Source: Raillietiella orientalis
Taxonomy: Eukaryota
Assembly: GCA_036172245.1 (NCBI GenBank)
Contig: JAYWIR010000036.1
Location: forward strand, 1 to 64,000
Direction of reading: 5' to 3'
DNA: 64,000 nt
In this document: positions 49,301-63,135 of the stretch, piece after piece
Position numbering within the stretch: the stretch's first letter is position 1
Layout: the number at the start of each line of letters is the position of its first letter
Notes under the pieces: generated by a model
The model's input: only the letters and a program-made list of their open reading frames with translations
What the model was told of the DNA's origin: nothing
Databases searched by the model: none
Translations under genes and position numbers: made by a program

Positions 49301-49791
49301 GGGGCCGCGGAATTGGATTTCTGTTTCCTCATTACTGTTCGGGGTCAGGAAAACGTGGTCTCAGTGCCCCTTTTCTTCTGTGAGCTCAGTCTTCCACCAG
49401 ACGCGAGACCACGGAAAGAGTCAGCCCTCGGGACGGAATTGCCGACTCGCGGGTCGTCGTGCAGACGAGTTCCGCTGCTTGCATGCAAGCCGAAAAACGG
49501 ATAGCGTTCACTCCCCTTCCCCCATTCAAGGGACCGCCTGCCCTAAATGTTGCCAACGGGCGCTACAAAGACTCCCTCCAGCATTTCGTGCTCGCATAAG
49601 TTGAGCGCCTCCGTCCGTCCCTCCCGGCTCGGGGGTCATTCTCAAAGCCCTTCCATCGACCTTCCGCCGACGCTCTGCATACCCTTCATCCCATCTGCTC
49701 ACGTTGGTCGCGGTTTACTTTTTCTTCCAGCCCTCGTGCTCTACCAATGGACAAAAAAAAAGAGTGAGGATCGAAGGCTCAGATAGCCTCT

Positions 49792-49873
49792 CAGTGATAC
49801 CTCGGTCCTAGACGATTTCGGCACTCGCCACGAGTTTCGGAACGAATTACCGACGAGTACCGAGGTACCACTT
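49792..49873. mobile_element. 82-bp internally deleted copy of the MITE at 35661-36013
   Basis: cagtgatacctcggt ... ttcggcactcgccacgagtttcggaacgaattaccgacgagtaccgaggtaccact matches the left TIR and the last ~55 bp of 35661-36013. Confidence 0.75.
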
Positions 49874-52800
49874 TTCTTTTCCGCACTGAAGCAGCTACCT
49901 GCTCTTCCTTTTCTCCTGGGTTCTTCATCTGCATCTATCTACTCCGGTCCCGAAGCTCCATGCTCCCCCGGGCAGCTGCCTCGCGGCGAGCAGCGTTCCC
50001 CTGTGCCTGCCAGCGGAACTCCTTACCCGCCCTCAGGGAGCGCTCGCGTCGGTGAGAGCATCCTTCCGCTTGTTGGACCGAGCCACGAAGGAGCGCTCTG
50101 CCTCCCCGGGAACCCTGGCCAACGGGTGCCCGTTTCGTCTTCCCAGTCTCCCTTCTATTCTTCACGATCGTTTCATTCCCGTTCGTTCCCAGCTGCTTCC
50201 TTTCTCCCTTTCTCATGTTCTCTCCTCCTTTCTCCCTGCACCTTGCAGTTCCTCCCCTTCGCATCCCCTTGCTGGCCTCCACAGTCTCTTTTAGAGTTGG
50301 CAGGAAAGCGGAACGTCGAAAGCAGCCTCCGCCAGCGGCCAGCGGGAGGAAAAGCTGAGGCAGGGTGGATGGAGGAACTTTCCACCCCTCGAATAGGAGA
50401 CTGCTACATTCGGGTCGCTGGGTGGAAGAGACGCAGGTCCGAAGAATCCGTATGGCAAACCTGCCGACGGGTGAACGCGAACGGCGAAGGACGGAGGCCG
50501 CGCAGAGGGAGCGACGGCGCAGATTCGCGCTTCACTCCACGTGCACGTCCCGGGTGGTTGCCCGTCTCAGCACGCGCCGCGCATGCGACTGTCCGACGTC
50601 CGCGCTCGCATCTCTCAGGCACGCGCCTGCGAGATGCGAGGGCACGCTTAAACCGTCCTTGGGATCATTGGCATGCCAGGCGAATCCGCGCGTGGTCCTT
50701 CGGTTCCCCCTGGACCGCGCGCGCGCACGCAACCACCCACTGGGAAGGCCCCCCGCGCAGACCTCCCTCCCCGTTGCCCGTTGCTCTGAGAGCCCATCCC
50801 GGGCTCGTCGGGAACCGAAGACCGAATCCGGGGAAGGGGGGAGACGGATTTCCTGTAGCGAGCCAGCAGCGCCGCCGTCGTCACACGACCCAGCACCAAC
50901 GCTCAGCGCCTCCTCGCCAAGGTAGCCTAAGGGTTGCTTGTTTGCACGCAAGGCGGAGCGCGTAGCCAGAAAGAGCCTCGGGTGCCTTTCCTCCACTGAG
51001 CCGGAGACTCAAGGTCTCTTTCCCGTAAGCTCCGGCTCGCTGCGAGAGCCCTCGTGCCGCCGGACGCTGGGCCGCCCAGCCCTGCCTCGGAGGTGGAAGA
51101 CACGCGACCGTTGCTGAGCACCGGTTACTCCCGCCGTCCATCGTAGAGAGAGAGTCCCTGAAGATGGCGTTTCACCCGGAATATCCTGAGGTGTTCATTC
51201 ACGTGAAAAATAAGCTTGCATGCCGGTGACAGGACTTCTGGTCCTGCCAAGTTACCAAAGGGACCTGCCGAGAACCGGAGCGCAGGCAGGCCGGAGAGGT
51301 TCGCCTATGCAGCAGAGGGGAGGGGGAGAAGGCAAATAAAAATAAAAACAAAACAAAAAAAATGTCTGAAAAAAAAAAAATTCGGACCGTTCGGAAAGGG
51401 GATCACCGATTGCTGGAGGGCGTCCTCTGCATCCTTTGCGGGATTCCGACAAGTTCCTATTTCATCAGACGAGACCATCTTGACGCTGTCTTCAAGAAGA
51501 GAACTGCAAAATGGATGGCGTTCCTGTCGTCCTGGTATCCATCGACGTTGCTCCGGGCCGCACAATCCCGTTTAGGCAGCAGCACAGTATTGCTGGGCAT
51601 GCGGTCGGCGCGAGGGTGTCACTCAGGAAGGGACGCTTCGAAACATCTCGGGGGTTGACCTCGAGAATCCTCAGAGAAGCGGGAAAGACGCGTTCCCACA
51701 GAGAGTCGGAGGGCAATGCAATTCCACGAGCAGGTGTGGGAGGAGCTCTCCTTCCTTGTACCTATTGCGGTTCAGCTTGTACTCCCTTTGGATCCAGTGG
51801 TGGTCTCGCACAGGAAGCCCAGAGGCCACAGCAGGGTCGCCGGCTGCTTCCACTCCAGGGGTGGAGGCTGCACTGTCTTAATACGCCGGGGCCCACTTCG
51901 CCTCCACTTGCAGACGGCTGCCGCCATCGCTGGTCCCTAGAAGTCCCGAGGGGACACCGTGCAGCTCGACCTCTTCCTTCCTCGAGGCAGATACTCCCTT
52001 CTTGACCATCCCTGAGGACTGAGAGCTCTTCCACTTCTCCCTCTCCCCCATTCTAGTTTATGCGTCCACCACATTCGGTCAGGCCCGTCGCACCGGCAGA
52101 AACCACCTTTTCCGAGGCTGGTCAAAACCACTCGTGGGTGTCAGCAGCCTCCGGAAGCTTCCGAAGCAGCCCTTTTGCTTCCGGACCCTCAGCAGGAGGC
52201 CAGACCGGGTCGGCAGCTATCCAGGGGAAGAGGAACGGATGAGAAGTAGTAGCGTCTGGACCCAGATCCCGGGGAGGGACCTGCCGCCTGCCTGCGAAGG
52301 AGAGGGAAGGAAAAGGAGAAGGCAAAGACATCCAGATAAGGCAGGAGCGGAGGGAGGCTACGGCTGTTGCATGACGCCGGACTGGGAGGGAGGGTCCCAG
52401 GACGGCCGCCACCTGTCGCTTACTGCGAGGTAGGCAGCAAGAGGCACCTGCAGCCAGGAAGAGCGTCGGAAGGAGGAGAAGGGAAGCCAATCCCTTCTCG
52501 TACTCCCCATCTTTTGCTTTCTCTTCCAGGAAAAAGTCTTGGGAACCGCGGGAGAACGCGGAAAGATCTGCGCTCCCGGAAGAGGGAGAAAGGGACGGGA
52601 AGAGAAGGAAGAGGCACTGCTGATGGGCTCTTCTTCTTCCTGGACGAGGACGCCATCGCAAGGAAGAGGACCTCCGCAAATGGGCAAAGGCGCGTTGAGA
52701 ACAGGATGGGCTTGCGACGGACGCTGAGGTGGAGTACGCGGAGACTCTGGCGTTCCAAGAACTAGGATGGGGAAAAGGGTTTTGCGGAAGGATGAGAGGG

Positions 52801-55800
52801 TCATGAAATAAAGGAAAGAGAGCGCATCACTTTTACAGGAGAAAAGGAAACCCTGAAGCAGAGCGGGGAGGAGGAAGCATCCTGGAAGCACCACCAAGGC
52901 TGGGCCGGACTGGGATGCGTTCCTGACGCCCGCGTGCGTGCCGCACGCTGACTTTCTCGCTACCTCCCGCACCCGCAACTCTCCTTTGGAGGATGCTGCG
53001 ATCCTTCCCTCCTTCAGAGAGCGCCCAGGAGGCGAGGGCTTGCAGCTCTTTCCTCGGAGGCTCTCCAGGAGAGTCCCATTCCTATGATCGGGTGCACAAT
53101 CGCGAGGAAGGTCGGGTGCGGCCCCACGCGACGAGCCCACGCGAGCCCGGGGTTCCATCCTGACCATGCTGCTGCCGCCGACGCCACCGGGAGCGCTCAC
53201 CACTCGCCTCGGCCGTCCATTCGCCTCCTGCGATCCGAGGCTAGCGCACCTCTCCTCTTCCTCCCCTGGCCTCCGTCCTTGCTCGTGGCACCTCCTCTGG
53301 TGTCGGCAGTCAGCGCACTCGTCGTCGTGGGTAGTGGCGCCGGCGGCTTACGACCACAAGGAGGAAGAAGAACGACCGGCGCTGCTGAGCGAGTCCAAGC
53401 ACAGCTCTTGCGCGGCCTCCAGGACCACAGGAGCTCCATTTTCGAGTTAAGGACGTCCGACTGCGGCGGTGGGGACACTGGCTGCGGTCGGCACATCGTC
53501 TGTTGCGTTCCTCACTCCAAAGCCTGTCCCACCGTCCACAGGGACCCTTCGACCGGGACAGCTCGCTCTGCAAGAGCGAGAGGAAGTCTTCCCGATCACG
53601 ACGGACAGGCAGGGGGGAAGAATACCAGCGCATGAAGACCGAAAGGAGCCATGGTTTCCATGGCCGCCGTTGCTTTTCTCTGAGCGCCGACCTCAGCGCC
53701 GCTGTATCCGGAAGCAGCGACACCCGCCGCCCATTGCAGAGGCGCATCCTGGTTGCGGGTTTGACTCCCGGAGCCACTCACATGTCTCCCGCGTCCACGA
53801 TAGGGAGAAACTAAGAACCGACCTGAAGGGGCGGAGGAAAGTGCTCTCTTCGGTGCGAGAGGCAAATCGGTCTGGTGCATCTTCGCTGGGGTTTGTCCGA
53901 CATCTCCGCTAGCCGCCTTAGCGAGAGCGCGTGCAGCGTCGTGCCAAAACCCGTTGTTACCAGGGAAGCAGACCCAACAGCAACTCTTTCCCTTTCCTAC
54001 TTTTTCCGTCCTGACCCTTCTGCCGAAACGCCCCGGCCTCGGGGTCAGCCCTGTTTAGCCCACCCTTCGTGCACTTGGTGATCCGGCGGCGTTTTCCATC
54101 GAAGCAGGGAACCTTCTGCCTCACTGTTGGCGATGCTGGGTTTCCAAGTCGGGGTGAGTTTAGAAATAGAAGACGAATCTATTCCCAAGATAGATGCCCT
54201 GGGTTTGGAATTAGCAATAGAATTTCCATGTGATGTGAAAAAAATGATCTTTAAATCTCAATAAATCACAATGAGGAGCATTGAAGCGTAGGAAACCTTG
54301 AAACGTCTCTAATGCTGAACTCTGGTGCTGATTTTTTTCTAAAAAAATATTGCACTTAATTTCTCCATGTTTAATTATGAAAAATACCAATGTCTAATTT
54401 AAAACAGCTATTGAATTTAATTTTCCATCCCCCTTCCTTCTTTCCTCGGCCACCTCTTACTCTTCCAGCCGCCGCCCACTACCACGACCTTTGCCTGCCT
54501 TCTCTCGCCGCTTTCCGTGCTCTCTCGACTTTGACTGCGATGTTCGGAGCGGGAAAGGTTCACAGCATTGCTGAACTTTGTTACCATAAGGAAGACCAGG
54601 ACAACCCGGACAGGAGCAGGGTGCTCACCCCCTGAGGCTGCAGCAGGAAGCACGCAGTCTCGTCACCGTCGCTCCGGAAGGACCCTCCAGTGTTCGGGAT
54701 GTCCGTCGCGAGGCGTAGATGCTTCCGACGGCGGCGAAACCGGCTATCAGGGGCATCCCCTGCCAGCAATGAAACCGGGCACGAGACAAAATGGTCTCTC
54801 GGCAACAGTGGGCCGCTCGTCTCGCCCTCTCCCCTCGGTAGGGGTGCTCCGTCCTTAGCCCTCCGGCATGCACAATTCCTCCCCTTCCGCGCCTCTTTTC
54901 GAATTCTCCTCAAGGCCGCGGCGTCGCCATGCTGCAGCATCCGTCCCTGGTTGATTGCAGCTTGGCGAGTTCGCTTCCACGTTTCGCATCCTTTTTCCCC
55001 TTCTTTCTCTTCAGAGCCCAACGGGGATGGTGCACGGGAGATTCTGGATGGCTCTCTTCTTTTCATTTCTTCTTTTCGCTCTGGCGAACTCCGGACGCTG
55101 CGGATGAATTGGGAAGGACGTCGGGGAGTTCGTTGGCAAGAGGTCGCCTTAGCGAAAGAACGCACAGCAGACGTGCCGATCCGTCCCCCGATGCTGTCAT
55201 TTGTGACGTTTCCCGGCAGCCTTTGTGAGCATCTGGAGGGACTCCGCGGCCAGGGGAACCTTTTCCTGCCCTTCCCTCCTCCTCCTCCTCCGGACCAACG
55301 GCCGAGATACTGACGAATGCGCCAACGACCCCGCCGTTTCCCAGAGCGGGGAGTCACCTGAATGACCCGACGGATCCGATGCCGGAGACGTTCCCTTCCC
55401 TCTTCGAGAACAGCCCGAGTGACCGTCCGCATCCTGCCGAAGCGGCGGCGCCTGAGCTCGCTCTCCTTCAGTGGCATCCCCCGCCCCCTCCCCGCCTTCC
55501 CTTCGCCTCCCATGCCCTCTGATTTGCATCCGAGCAGCAGCTGTCCTCTTGCTCAAGACTGCGGCTACAAGGACAGGAATTTGGCAAGCCGCTGAGGTCT
55601 CCAGCCCAAGGATGGTGGCGGCGCTTTGCGCAACTCCGAACCAGCCGGCTCCGCGTGCGCGCGCACGTCCCGCTGCGCTCCGGCCGACCCCGCGTGAAAG
55701 TGGAGGCGCTGCCGGTGGAGGCGCTCCCGGCAACGGGGAGGAAGAGAGAGAGAGAGAGGAGAGAGGGGAACGAGCAGAGAAGGAGGGCGGGCGGACGGGC

Positions 55801-55934
55801 GTTTCGGGGCTGCCGCCTTCTCGTCAAGCGGCGCGCACCCGCCCGTGCACACCTCCGGAGTGAGAGATGGAAAAATGAACGGGATTCCTCACCTTCGCAT
55901 CTCGCGGCCACGTGGGACATCTTGGGTTCCTTGA

Positions 55935-56055
55935 GCTCCCTGCTCCTCCTCCCTCTCTCTTCCTCCTGCTCCTCTTCTTCTCTTTCTCCCCCTCTTCTCC
56001 TTTTGCTCCACTCTTCCTCTTCTTCCTCCTCCTCTCTTCTTCCTTTTTCCTCATC
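55935..56055. repeat. Polypyrimidine (CT/CCT) low-complexity tract
   Basis: Almost purely C/T over ~120 bp. Confidence 0.85.
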
Positions 56056-57899
56056 CCCTCGATAAAGGATTGCGTGGCTCCGACCTTTTTCTCCTCCCTT
56101 TCTCGCGGAGAGCGTCTGCACCGTCCTTCCGCTGCATCCCAGTGGTGCACGCGCCTACCCTCGAACCCCACTCGCGAGCTCCTTCCCGTCTGCTGGAATT
56201 GCCCCGGGAGTTTTTGCTGAGTGGGGCTCCCGCGGCTCTTATGGGCGCGAAGAGTGTGCAACGCGCTGTGACCCCCGTCCCACCTTCCAAAGGTCCGCGA
56301 GCCCGAAGAGAGGGGCGGCGGAGGATTCTTCTACTCAAGGCCGACTTGACCGCCGCGGCCTCTCGGCTGATCCCCGGCCTCGCGAGACGGACGGACCTTC
56401 CCCTCGCAAGCGATCCGGGCAGCAGAGGGCGCGCGCCATCCCCGCGAGAGCGCCGCCGCCTCCTCTCCGTCTCCGTGGAAACTGCCGCGAGCGAAGACTC
56501 GAATCGTCGAGACGCCGCCGTGCTGAGGGTGGGATCGCGAGCGAGTGCTCTCGGAGATGAAAAGGAAAGGATCACCTCAGCACCCTCGCATCTTCGCTTT
56601 CAGGGGCCAGTCCTATCCCGTCTGCCGCGGTGCCCCGAGGCGACTCGCCCAGGGAACGACGCTCCCTCTTGAAAGCTCCTTTCGCCTCCCGGAAAATCCC
56701 TCGCCTCCGCTTCTGCTGCCTCCGGAAATGACCACCGGGCGTCATGCGCTACGAGCTCCGAGGAAAGGGGAAGGAAGTCGAACCCAAAGGAGCGCAACTA
56801 GGGACCTCAGCTCGCAGGGCGGGATCGGGGGAAGGCGGCCCCATCCCTGGAGAGAACCGGGGAGCGCCACCTAGCACGGGGGCCGGAGATTCTGAGATGA
56901 AATTCCTCCGTGCCTCCTGCCCTTTTCCCCTGGAGACCGTCGTTTAGACCTCCAGAAAAGCTAGCGCGCGGGTGGGGCCGTTCGGCCGCTCCCACTCTCG
57001 CCGCGGAGAGGCTCCACCCTCGCTCCCTCGAGATGTTCGAGGCCGAAGAGCTGCCCTGACCATGTTCGCACCTCCTGGACCTCCAGGCCCGGCTCTCGGA
57101 GTCGCCCGGCGACTTTCCCGCGCTCGCGCGCGGAGGAACCCAACCGCCGGCGCCGGACTCCAGGAAGGTCGGGAAGGCGTCGTCGTCCCTCCGCATCCCC
57201 TCTGGAAAACGGGAAGGTCAACCTGGAGCCAGGGACGCTCCGAGGAACGGGAGTGGATTACTGGCGGCGTGGTCACCCGCCCTTTAGCCTTATCCTAATC
57301 AAAGACCAGCGGATACGCCATCGGACGAGAGGAGACCGCGGAGTGCGCGCGAAGACAGTCATCCACACGTGGGTGGGTCGTCCGCACGCGAACAGGAGAT
57401 GCATGCGCAAGTGGAGACCTCTGCGGACGGATGCGAGCGCCTACGCACTCCATCGGAAGACGGGAAATGCGCACGCAGGAATGGAAGAGAAGGGAGGGGG
57501 GCACGCGAGGGAATCGGGCGTCCCCCGATGCGTGCAGAGAAGGATGGGTCGTCCGTTTGAAGATCGCTTGAACCTTCCAGAGTCCACTCGTGGGAGGTCT
57601 TTCTGGTCCCTATCGAGGAGTCCCGAGACACGAGTGACCTCTCCCCCCCCTCCCACGTAAAGTAGAGTCCCTTCCTTCCGGAGGAGTCGAGCAGTCCTCG
57701 AAGTCCAGGGGCAACTCGGCTCGATTTGGCCTTTGCGTTTCAGCGCCTACAGCAGGAGGAGGTGGCAGCATGGCAGGGTGAGTTCTTTTCGCCCTCTCCT
57801 CTCCGCGATCGCCCTTCCGAAGGTTGCTGCTCCTTGAAGTCTCCCGCTGTCCGCGTCGGCGGCCGCGTAGCTCCGGCTTCCACGCCTGCTCTCAAGTGA

Positions 57900-58260
57900 C
57901 CTCAGCAAGCTCCCGAGACGATCGAAGATTCGGGGGACAGCTCGCATGAGACGCGTCGGCGTCGGCCTTCCTGCCATGACCTCCGCCGACCTTCCCTCCT
58001 GACCTCTGCCGAGCGAGAGGGCGAAGCTGCGGGCTGCTCCCCGAATCTCCGATTGCCTCGGGCGCTTGAGGAGGTCACGTGCGCGCTCACGCAGGCATCG
58101 CTTTAGCAGGAGACGGCGCGGCACGGAACGGAAGCCCCCCCCAGTGTTGTCACGGCGACCCGGCACGTCCGCGCGAATCGACATGTGCCAGTGCACCACC
58201 ACGGCACGCTGGGATAGTCTTTCCCTGATCACCTTGCAAACGCATTTGACTTCGATCCGG
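57900..58260 (+). pseudogene. Decayed APE endonuclease C-terminal fragment
   Basis: GTSARIDMC (SRID motif) followed in another frame by FPDHL (SDH motif). Confidence 0.4.
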
Positions 58261-60209
58261 CCCGCTGATGCTCGACAAGGGAGGAAAACGCCTAAGAGAG
58301 CCGTGGTCAACCGTCCGAGATGCGCAGTGGCGACGAAGAGTAGCAAAGAGCCTGCCATCGGAGTTCGTGACCTCTCGTGAGAAGAGATTGGCTCCTCGGT
58401 CCGTCGCTCTGCATTCGGCAAGTGGTGAACCGAGGCGCTCCTGGATCTGTGGCTCGAGGCGGCCTTGCGTCACCTGGAAGTGCCCTTCGGAGGGCACTCA
58501 GAACGACACCGCGACTACGCCCACAAGAGCAAGAGATCCATACTTGCCCCTGTTATAGGGAGAAAAACTTGATCCGGGCAAGGGTCGTGCCTCATGCGCT
58601 GAGGCTGAGGGGATACAGCATCAGCTACACGGTGTCTTATTCAGCCGCCTTGCTGAGGCTCCGCCCCTCGGTGACGGATGAACTGTTTGTCGCACGAGTT
58701 CGAGCCAACTCGTTCGAAACGGGAAACCAGAGAACGGTAAGGAGATGGGGAGAGTCCAGACGCCACGAAGAGTGTAGCAATTTTTTTTTTTTTTCTCCAT
58801 ATGGTCTGCTGCTGCTTCATCTCACCTTTCCGGAGTCCAGCCCGAGGCATCATCGCTTCCGGGAGTAATCGATCGGCTAGTCCGCGGTGCCTGCGTCGGA
58901 AAACCTCCGGCCCTCGTTGAGAGGAAACGGTTCCATTGCCCCTGGGATGAGTGATCTATGGAGGACACGAATTATGGCCGCCTCCCCGACCCACGAAGCC
59001 AGTCGCGAGCGCACCGGATGGGCTTGGCGGTCCGGTATGAGCAGCCGTAGTTGACTCCCTGCGATAGTACGGCCCACCCAACGATGGCATGTTCTGTGGA
59101 TGGTGGACCTAGGAAACGCACCCTCGAAAGCTCTCCCGTCTGCCATGGCGGCAGAAGCCGTCCCTTTGAAATACCCCTTGCCCATGACCCTGTCTACCTC
59201 GAGGGAAAGCGAGGAAACAGCACAGCTTGCGTAAGGAGGGAGAGATCATTCGGGGAACATCTTGGAGTGTTGAACTACTGTCGGAGAAGCGGCTTCCACT
59301 CATCCCTCTTGAAAGCTCGGCGAAAAGAAAGCTGCTGATGTACCGGCTCTTAAAGGAACCGGCGATCATCTTTCGTGGGTACTGGTCCACTTGGTGCGTT
59401 CCTTTGGTGCACAGCTGACGAAAACCCTGGGACCGCCTGCTCTGGCATCCCTGCCATCGCGACAGAGGCGGCTCACCATACTTCTTCAGGGCAGGAATCA
59501 AACTGGCGCCGACTACCAAGGCGGCCGGCGCCATCCACAACCTGTTGGGATGACATCAGAGGTGCGCGCCTAGCCTCATGCCAGATCTACAGATGGAGTG
59601 CGGGTCCTTCAAACTGCTCCTCGGCTCCCAAACATGAAGCGACGGTGCTTCCTTATTGGACGTCGCTTGATGGCAAAGGTTTCTGAAACTTCCCAACGGC
59701 AGGCAGAGTCCGTACGCACCAATCCTCTGCCGGAAGAGCCGTGACCCCTGCCGGATTCCCCTACCAAACCAAAAGATGAATTCGAGGTGTCCTCTCTGAC
59801 TCCTCCCCCGCGACGTCTTGCTGAAGCTTTTTCGAGCTTCGGGCGTTGCAAAGAGGTCGAAGAGCTCTGGCAGCTAAGCACCCGCAGAGAAGCGCGCACG
59901 ATGCAGTGAGGAATCGTTCCAGAAAAAACCGAGGATGAAGACAAATCTGTTTGGATTCGCACCGTCTCGTCCTGCCACGGAGAACTAGCCTCCCTCCTGC
60001 GCGCAGCTCTTCCAGCCGCGAGCACCTCCCAGATGCGATTCCGTAATGCTTGCTGGCGCTACGTCGGCCGCTGAGGTCGCGCCGCTTCCTGCTCGTCATG
60101 AGGCTCCGAAGCACAGAAAAGGAGTAACCGCCACAATAAGAGGTCCATTGCCACGTTACCTTCCAGGGATTCAGATCTCTGAATGAGCGACATCGGGATG
60201 GGAAGTGGT

Positions 60210-60990
60210 GGTGATGTGGAGCTGTTCAAGGCGAGTCAGGCCACCACGATGTCCGAACGGCACTTCAAGTGCCAGACCTCCCTGGCATCCTTGGTGTTGT
60301 CCTCCGTGAGAAGTGGTACATCCGCAAGCAGCTCTTCTATCTTCTTCTTTTATCCAGTTCTTTGCTAGCTGTCTGCGAAGACAGAGATCCAGAGGATCTT
60401 CGGTGCTTTGTGGATCTGGGATCCGATTCAGATCAAGAGATTCAGATCTTCGAACGAGGCCCCAGTGGCCATCAAAGTCCAAGGATAGGTGAAAGTCTCC
60501 GAAAAGGCTGCAGGTCTCCTCAATTCATTCCAAGTAGCAGTTGGGTCTCCTCTGGTTCATCTCTTCGTCCCGGTCCAGTTCAAGAAAGCTGACGCGACGG
60601 ATGGTTGGTCTCTGCAGCACAAACAAAGGTAAACGGAACCGTTTAATTGAGGAGCATGATGATGCCTCTGAAATTTCAGCCGCTCACTGCCATCAGCGGA
60701 ATCATCGGCATGTTTTTTTGAAGAATCAATAAAATCTCGTTCTTTGATTCTTGCGGGAAAACAGCTGTAGGTAAGTCCATGACCCGATCCCGCATCCACG
60801 ACGCACTGAAGATTCCCCTGGATCTCTATCTTCTCAAAGAACCAGCAAAGGAAATGAAAAAGATGACAGAACTGGTGCCGGACGCGCCTCTTCCCATGGA
60901 TAACAGAATTGAGGATGCTAGGAAGGTCTGGCACTTGAAGTGCCGTTCGGACATCGTCGCCTGTCTCGCCTTGAATAGCTTCACATCGCT
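60210..60990. repeat. Diverged inverted pair (60210-60427 / 60783-60990), probable non-LTR ORF2 C-terminal fragments
   Basis: Both arms encode DAR(E/K)VWHLKCRSDIV on opposite strands and share the exact core cgatgtccgaacggcacttcaagtgccagacct. Confidence 0.8.
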
Positions 60991-61938
60991 GAAACGTCCT
61001 ACCGAGCATCGATCGCCCTCCGTGCTGCCAGTCTTTCCAGGAGATGTCCCGCAAACGCTCGCTCCGTGCAGAAAGAACATAGGTCCTATGCTCCGTGCAT
61101 AGGTCCGTTGTGGGTGAGGATGACTGTCCGACCACTTCCCAGGCTGACGTCGCCTCATTGCTTCTGGACAAAGCCTCCAGCGCACGGAGTGCGCTCCTAC
61201 CAGCTCTTCAAAATGAACCGACCCGAACAGATCTCGACGCCGGCGGACATGAAACCGGTTCCCAGGACCGGGGTCTCCCACGTTTACCTTCCCTCTACCT
61301 TATTTCGATTTCTTTTCTTATGCGAGCGCACTCCCCCCTGCCCCTCCTTTCTGATTTTCTGAGCCACATCGTCTCTTTTTAGAGACCGGAACCAAGGGAC
61401 GGCGAAGAGCTTAGTTGGAGGCGAATCCAACTGCCCTTCGTTCTTCTCTTCGCTGGCTGGCTCTCGCGACGGTGACCGCGGGTGCTACGACCGGCTCCAG
61501 GAAAGCACACTCTTCTTCCTCAAGGACTCGCCTGCAGGGTCACCCTCCTTGTAGCAGCTCCCTCAACCGGGTGCTTCTCAGCTGCTGCCACGACAAGCAC
61601 GAGAACCACTCGGTGCCCCGCGAGAGATGTGGATCTCTGGGATGGCTCCACCACCATCCTCGGTTCGGAGTCGCGTTGGCGGTAGTGGCCCTTGGATTCG
61701 GATTCCTAAACCAATGGCTGATCTGCTGCAAGCAGGGAACCACTCAGCTACCTCTTTCGCTGCGTCCGTTCCCCCATTCCGGCGCCCGGACGGGATGAGC
61801 AAGCAGCATGGAACGAGGGCTAACGCTTGGGCGACAGCCGCTTCTGGGACCTTTTTCTTCCGAGACAGGATAAGCAGATGGTGCACACGCCGCTTCCGGT
61901 ACAATTGCGTGTCAGCAGAGTTCTAAGAAGAAGGGCGG

Positions 61939-62084
61939 CTTCTTCTTCATCCTCTTCTTCTTATTGTTCTTCCCATTATTATTCTTTTCCTTCTTTTCCT
62001 TCTTTTTCTTCCTTTTTCTCCTCTTCTTCTTCCTCCTTCTACTCTTCATCTTCTTCCTCGTTTTCTTTTTCTTCTTGTTCTTCT
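61939..62084. repeat. (TTC/TCC)n-like polypyrimidine tract
   Basis: About 145 bp of degenerate TTC triplets. Confidence 0.9.
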
Positions 62085-62512
62085 GACGACTTACGCGCGG
62101 TTTTACTCTAAGCAAGAACGAGGGAAGTGGAAGGGAAGGACAGGAGGGGGAGTGTTTAGAACGAGAGAACGAGCTCTGAAAGTCACCTCTTTCCCCGCCC
62201 TCATCCTCGCTCTCCTCGCAGGCAAGAGTCAGGAGGTCTTCACCACCACTCCATCCTCTCCTCGAGCAGCGAAGTGCAGAGTAGGTCACGGAGTCTCCAC
62301 GTATCACTTGCCGCCCTCCCACCCCCGCACGCGGCGCTCCCTCTCCTTCCAGCAGACCGTCCGCCATTGCCAGGGACGTGATTTCTTCCACCGCTGGCGT
62401 CTGGTGTGCCGGCGCAGCAGCAGCGCGAGCAGCGGACGTCCGCGACGACGTCTCCGTTCGTGGCGCAGCGCCGCGTGCGCGCGCGCAATGCGAGAAGGTG
62501 GACTGTCACTCG

Positions 62513-63135
62513 GTGTGTTTATTTCATATAAGATAAATAATCATGGTATTTGTGGTTGAACCGGTGGTCCAACCACGTGCAATTTAACGGGAGTCTGCCG
62601 GGTTACCGGTGAGGTCCTCCACAGCAGCAGAGAAGATGGGAGCTAACAGAAGAACCAAAAATAAAAATAAATAAATAAAAATGGGGATAAAGTGGGGTGA
62701 GGGAAGAGGTCACGTCCTGCTGGAGGCGGTTCTCTGCTCCTTTCGATAATGCTGGCAAGTTCTTGTTGCATGCTGTTCTTCAGGTGAGGTCATCTCGTTG
62801 CCATCCTCATGAAGCGGGCGGCAAAGTGGATGTAGCATCCCTGTCGCTCGGTCCTCCTCTTGAGTCGCTCCAGGCAGCGATGATCCCTCGTAGGCAGCAG
62901 AGAGCTGCGAGCGACGCTGCTGGCCGAAGTGCGTCGCGTAGGAGGAGGGGTCGTAAAACGTCCCTGGAGTTGCCGCCAGGGGCTCCTAGGGCCGTGGCGA
63001 AGCGTTCTTAGAGGGGTCGGTGGGCAAAGGCACAATCCATAAGCAGGTGCAGCAGAGATTCACGCTCCCTGCACCTGCCACAGTCTGGGTCAACATCCCC
63101 TTGTGTCCAGTGATGCCCGCGGGCATTGCACGGGA
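62513..63135 (-). mobile_element. 3' end of an L1/Tx1-like element of the family at 8400 and 18260, with T-rich 3' UTR
   Basis: Minus strand reads CNARGHHWTQGDVDPDCGRCRERESLLHLLMDC...RDVLRPLLLRDALRPAA, versus CNARRHHWTRGRVNPKCARCGERESLSHLLVDC...RDVFRLFSVRDALQPAA. AATAAA lies at ~62517-62522 on the minus strand. Confidence 0.85.

Noticed and set aside
61827..62391. Poly-Ser and poly-Lys/Arg ORFs
   Set aside because: Translation products of a TTC-rich simple repeat. The same applies to 55468-56261.
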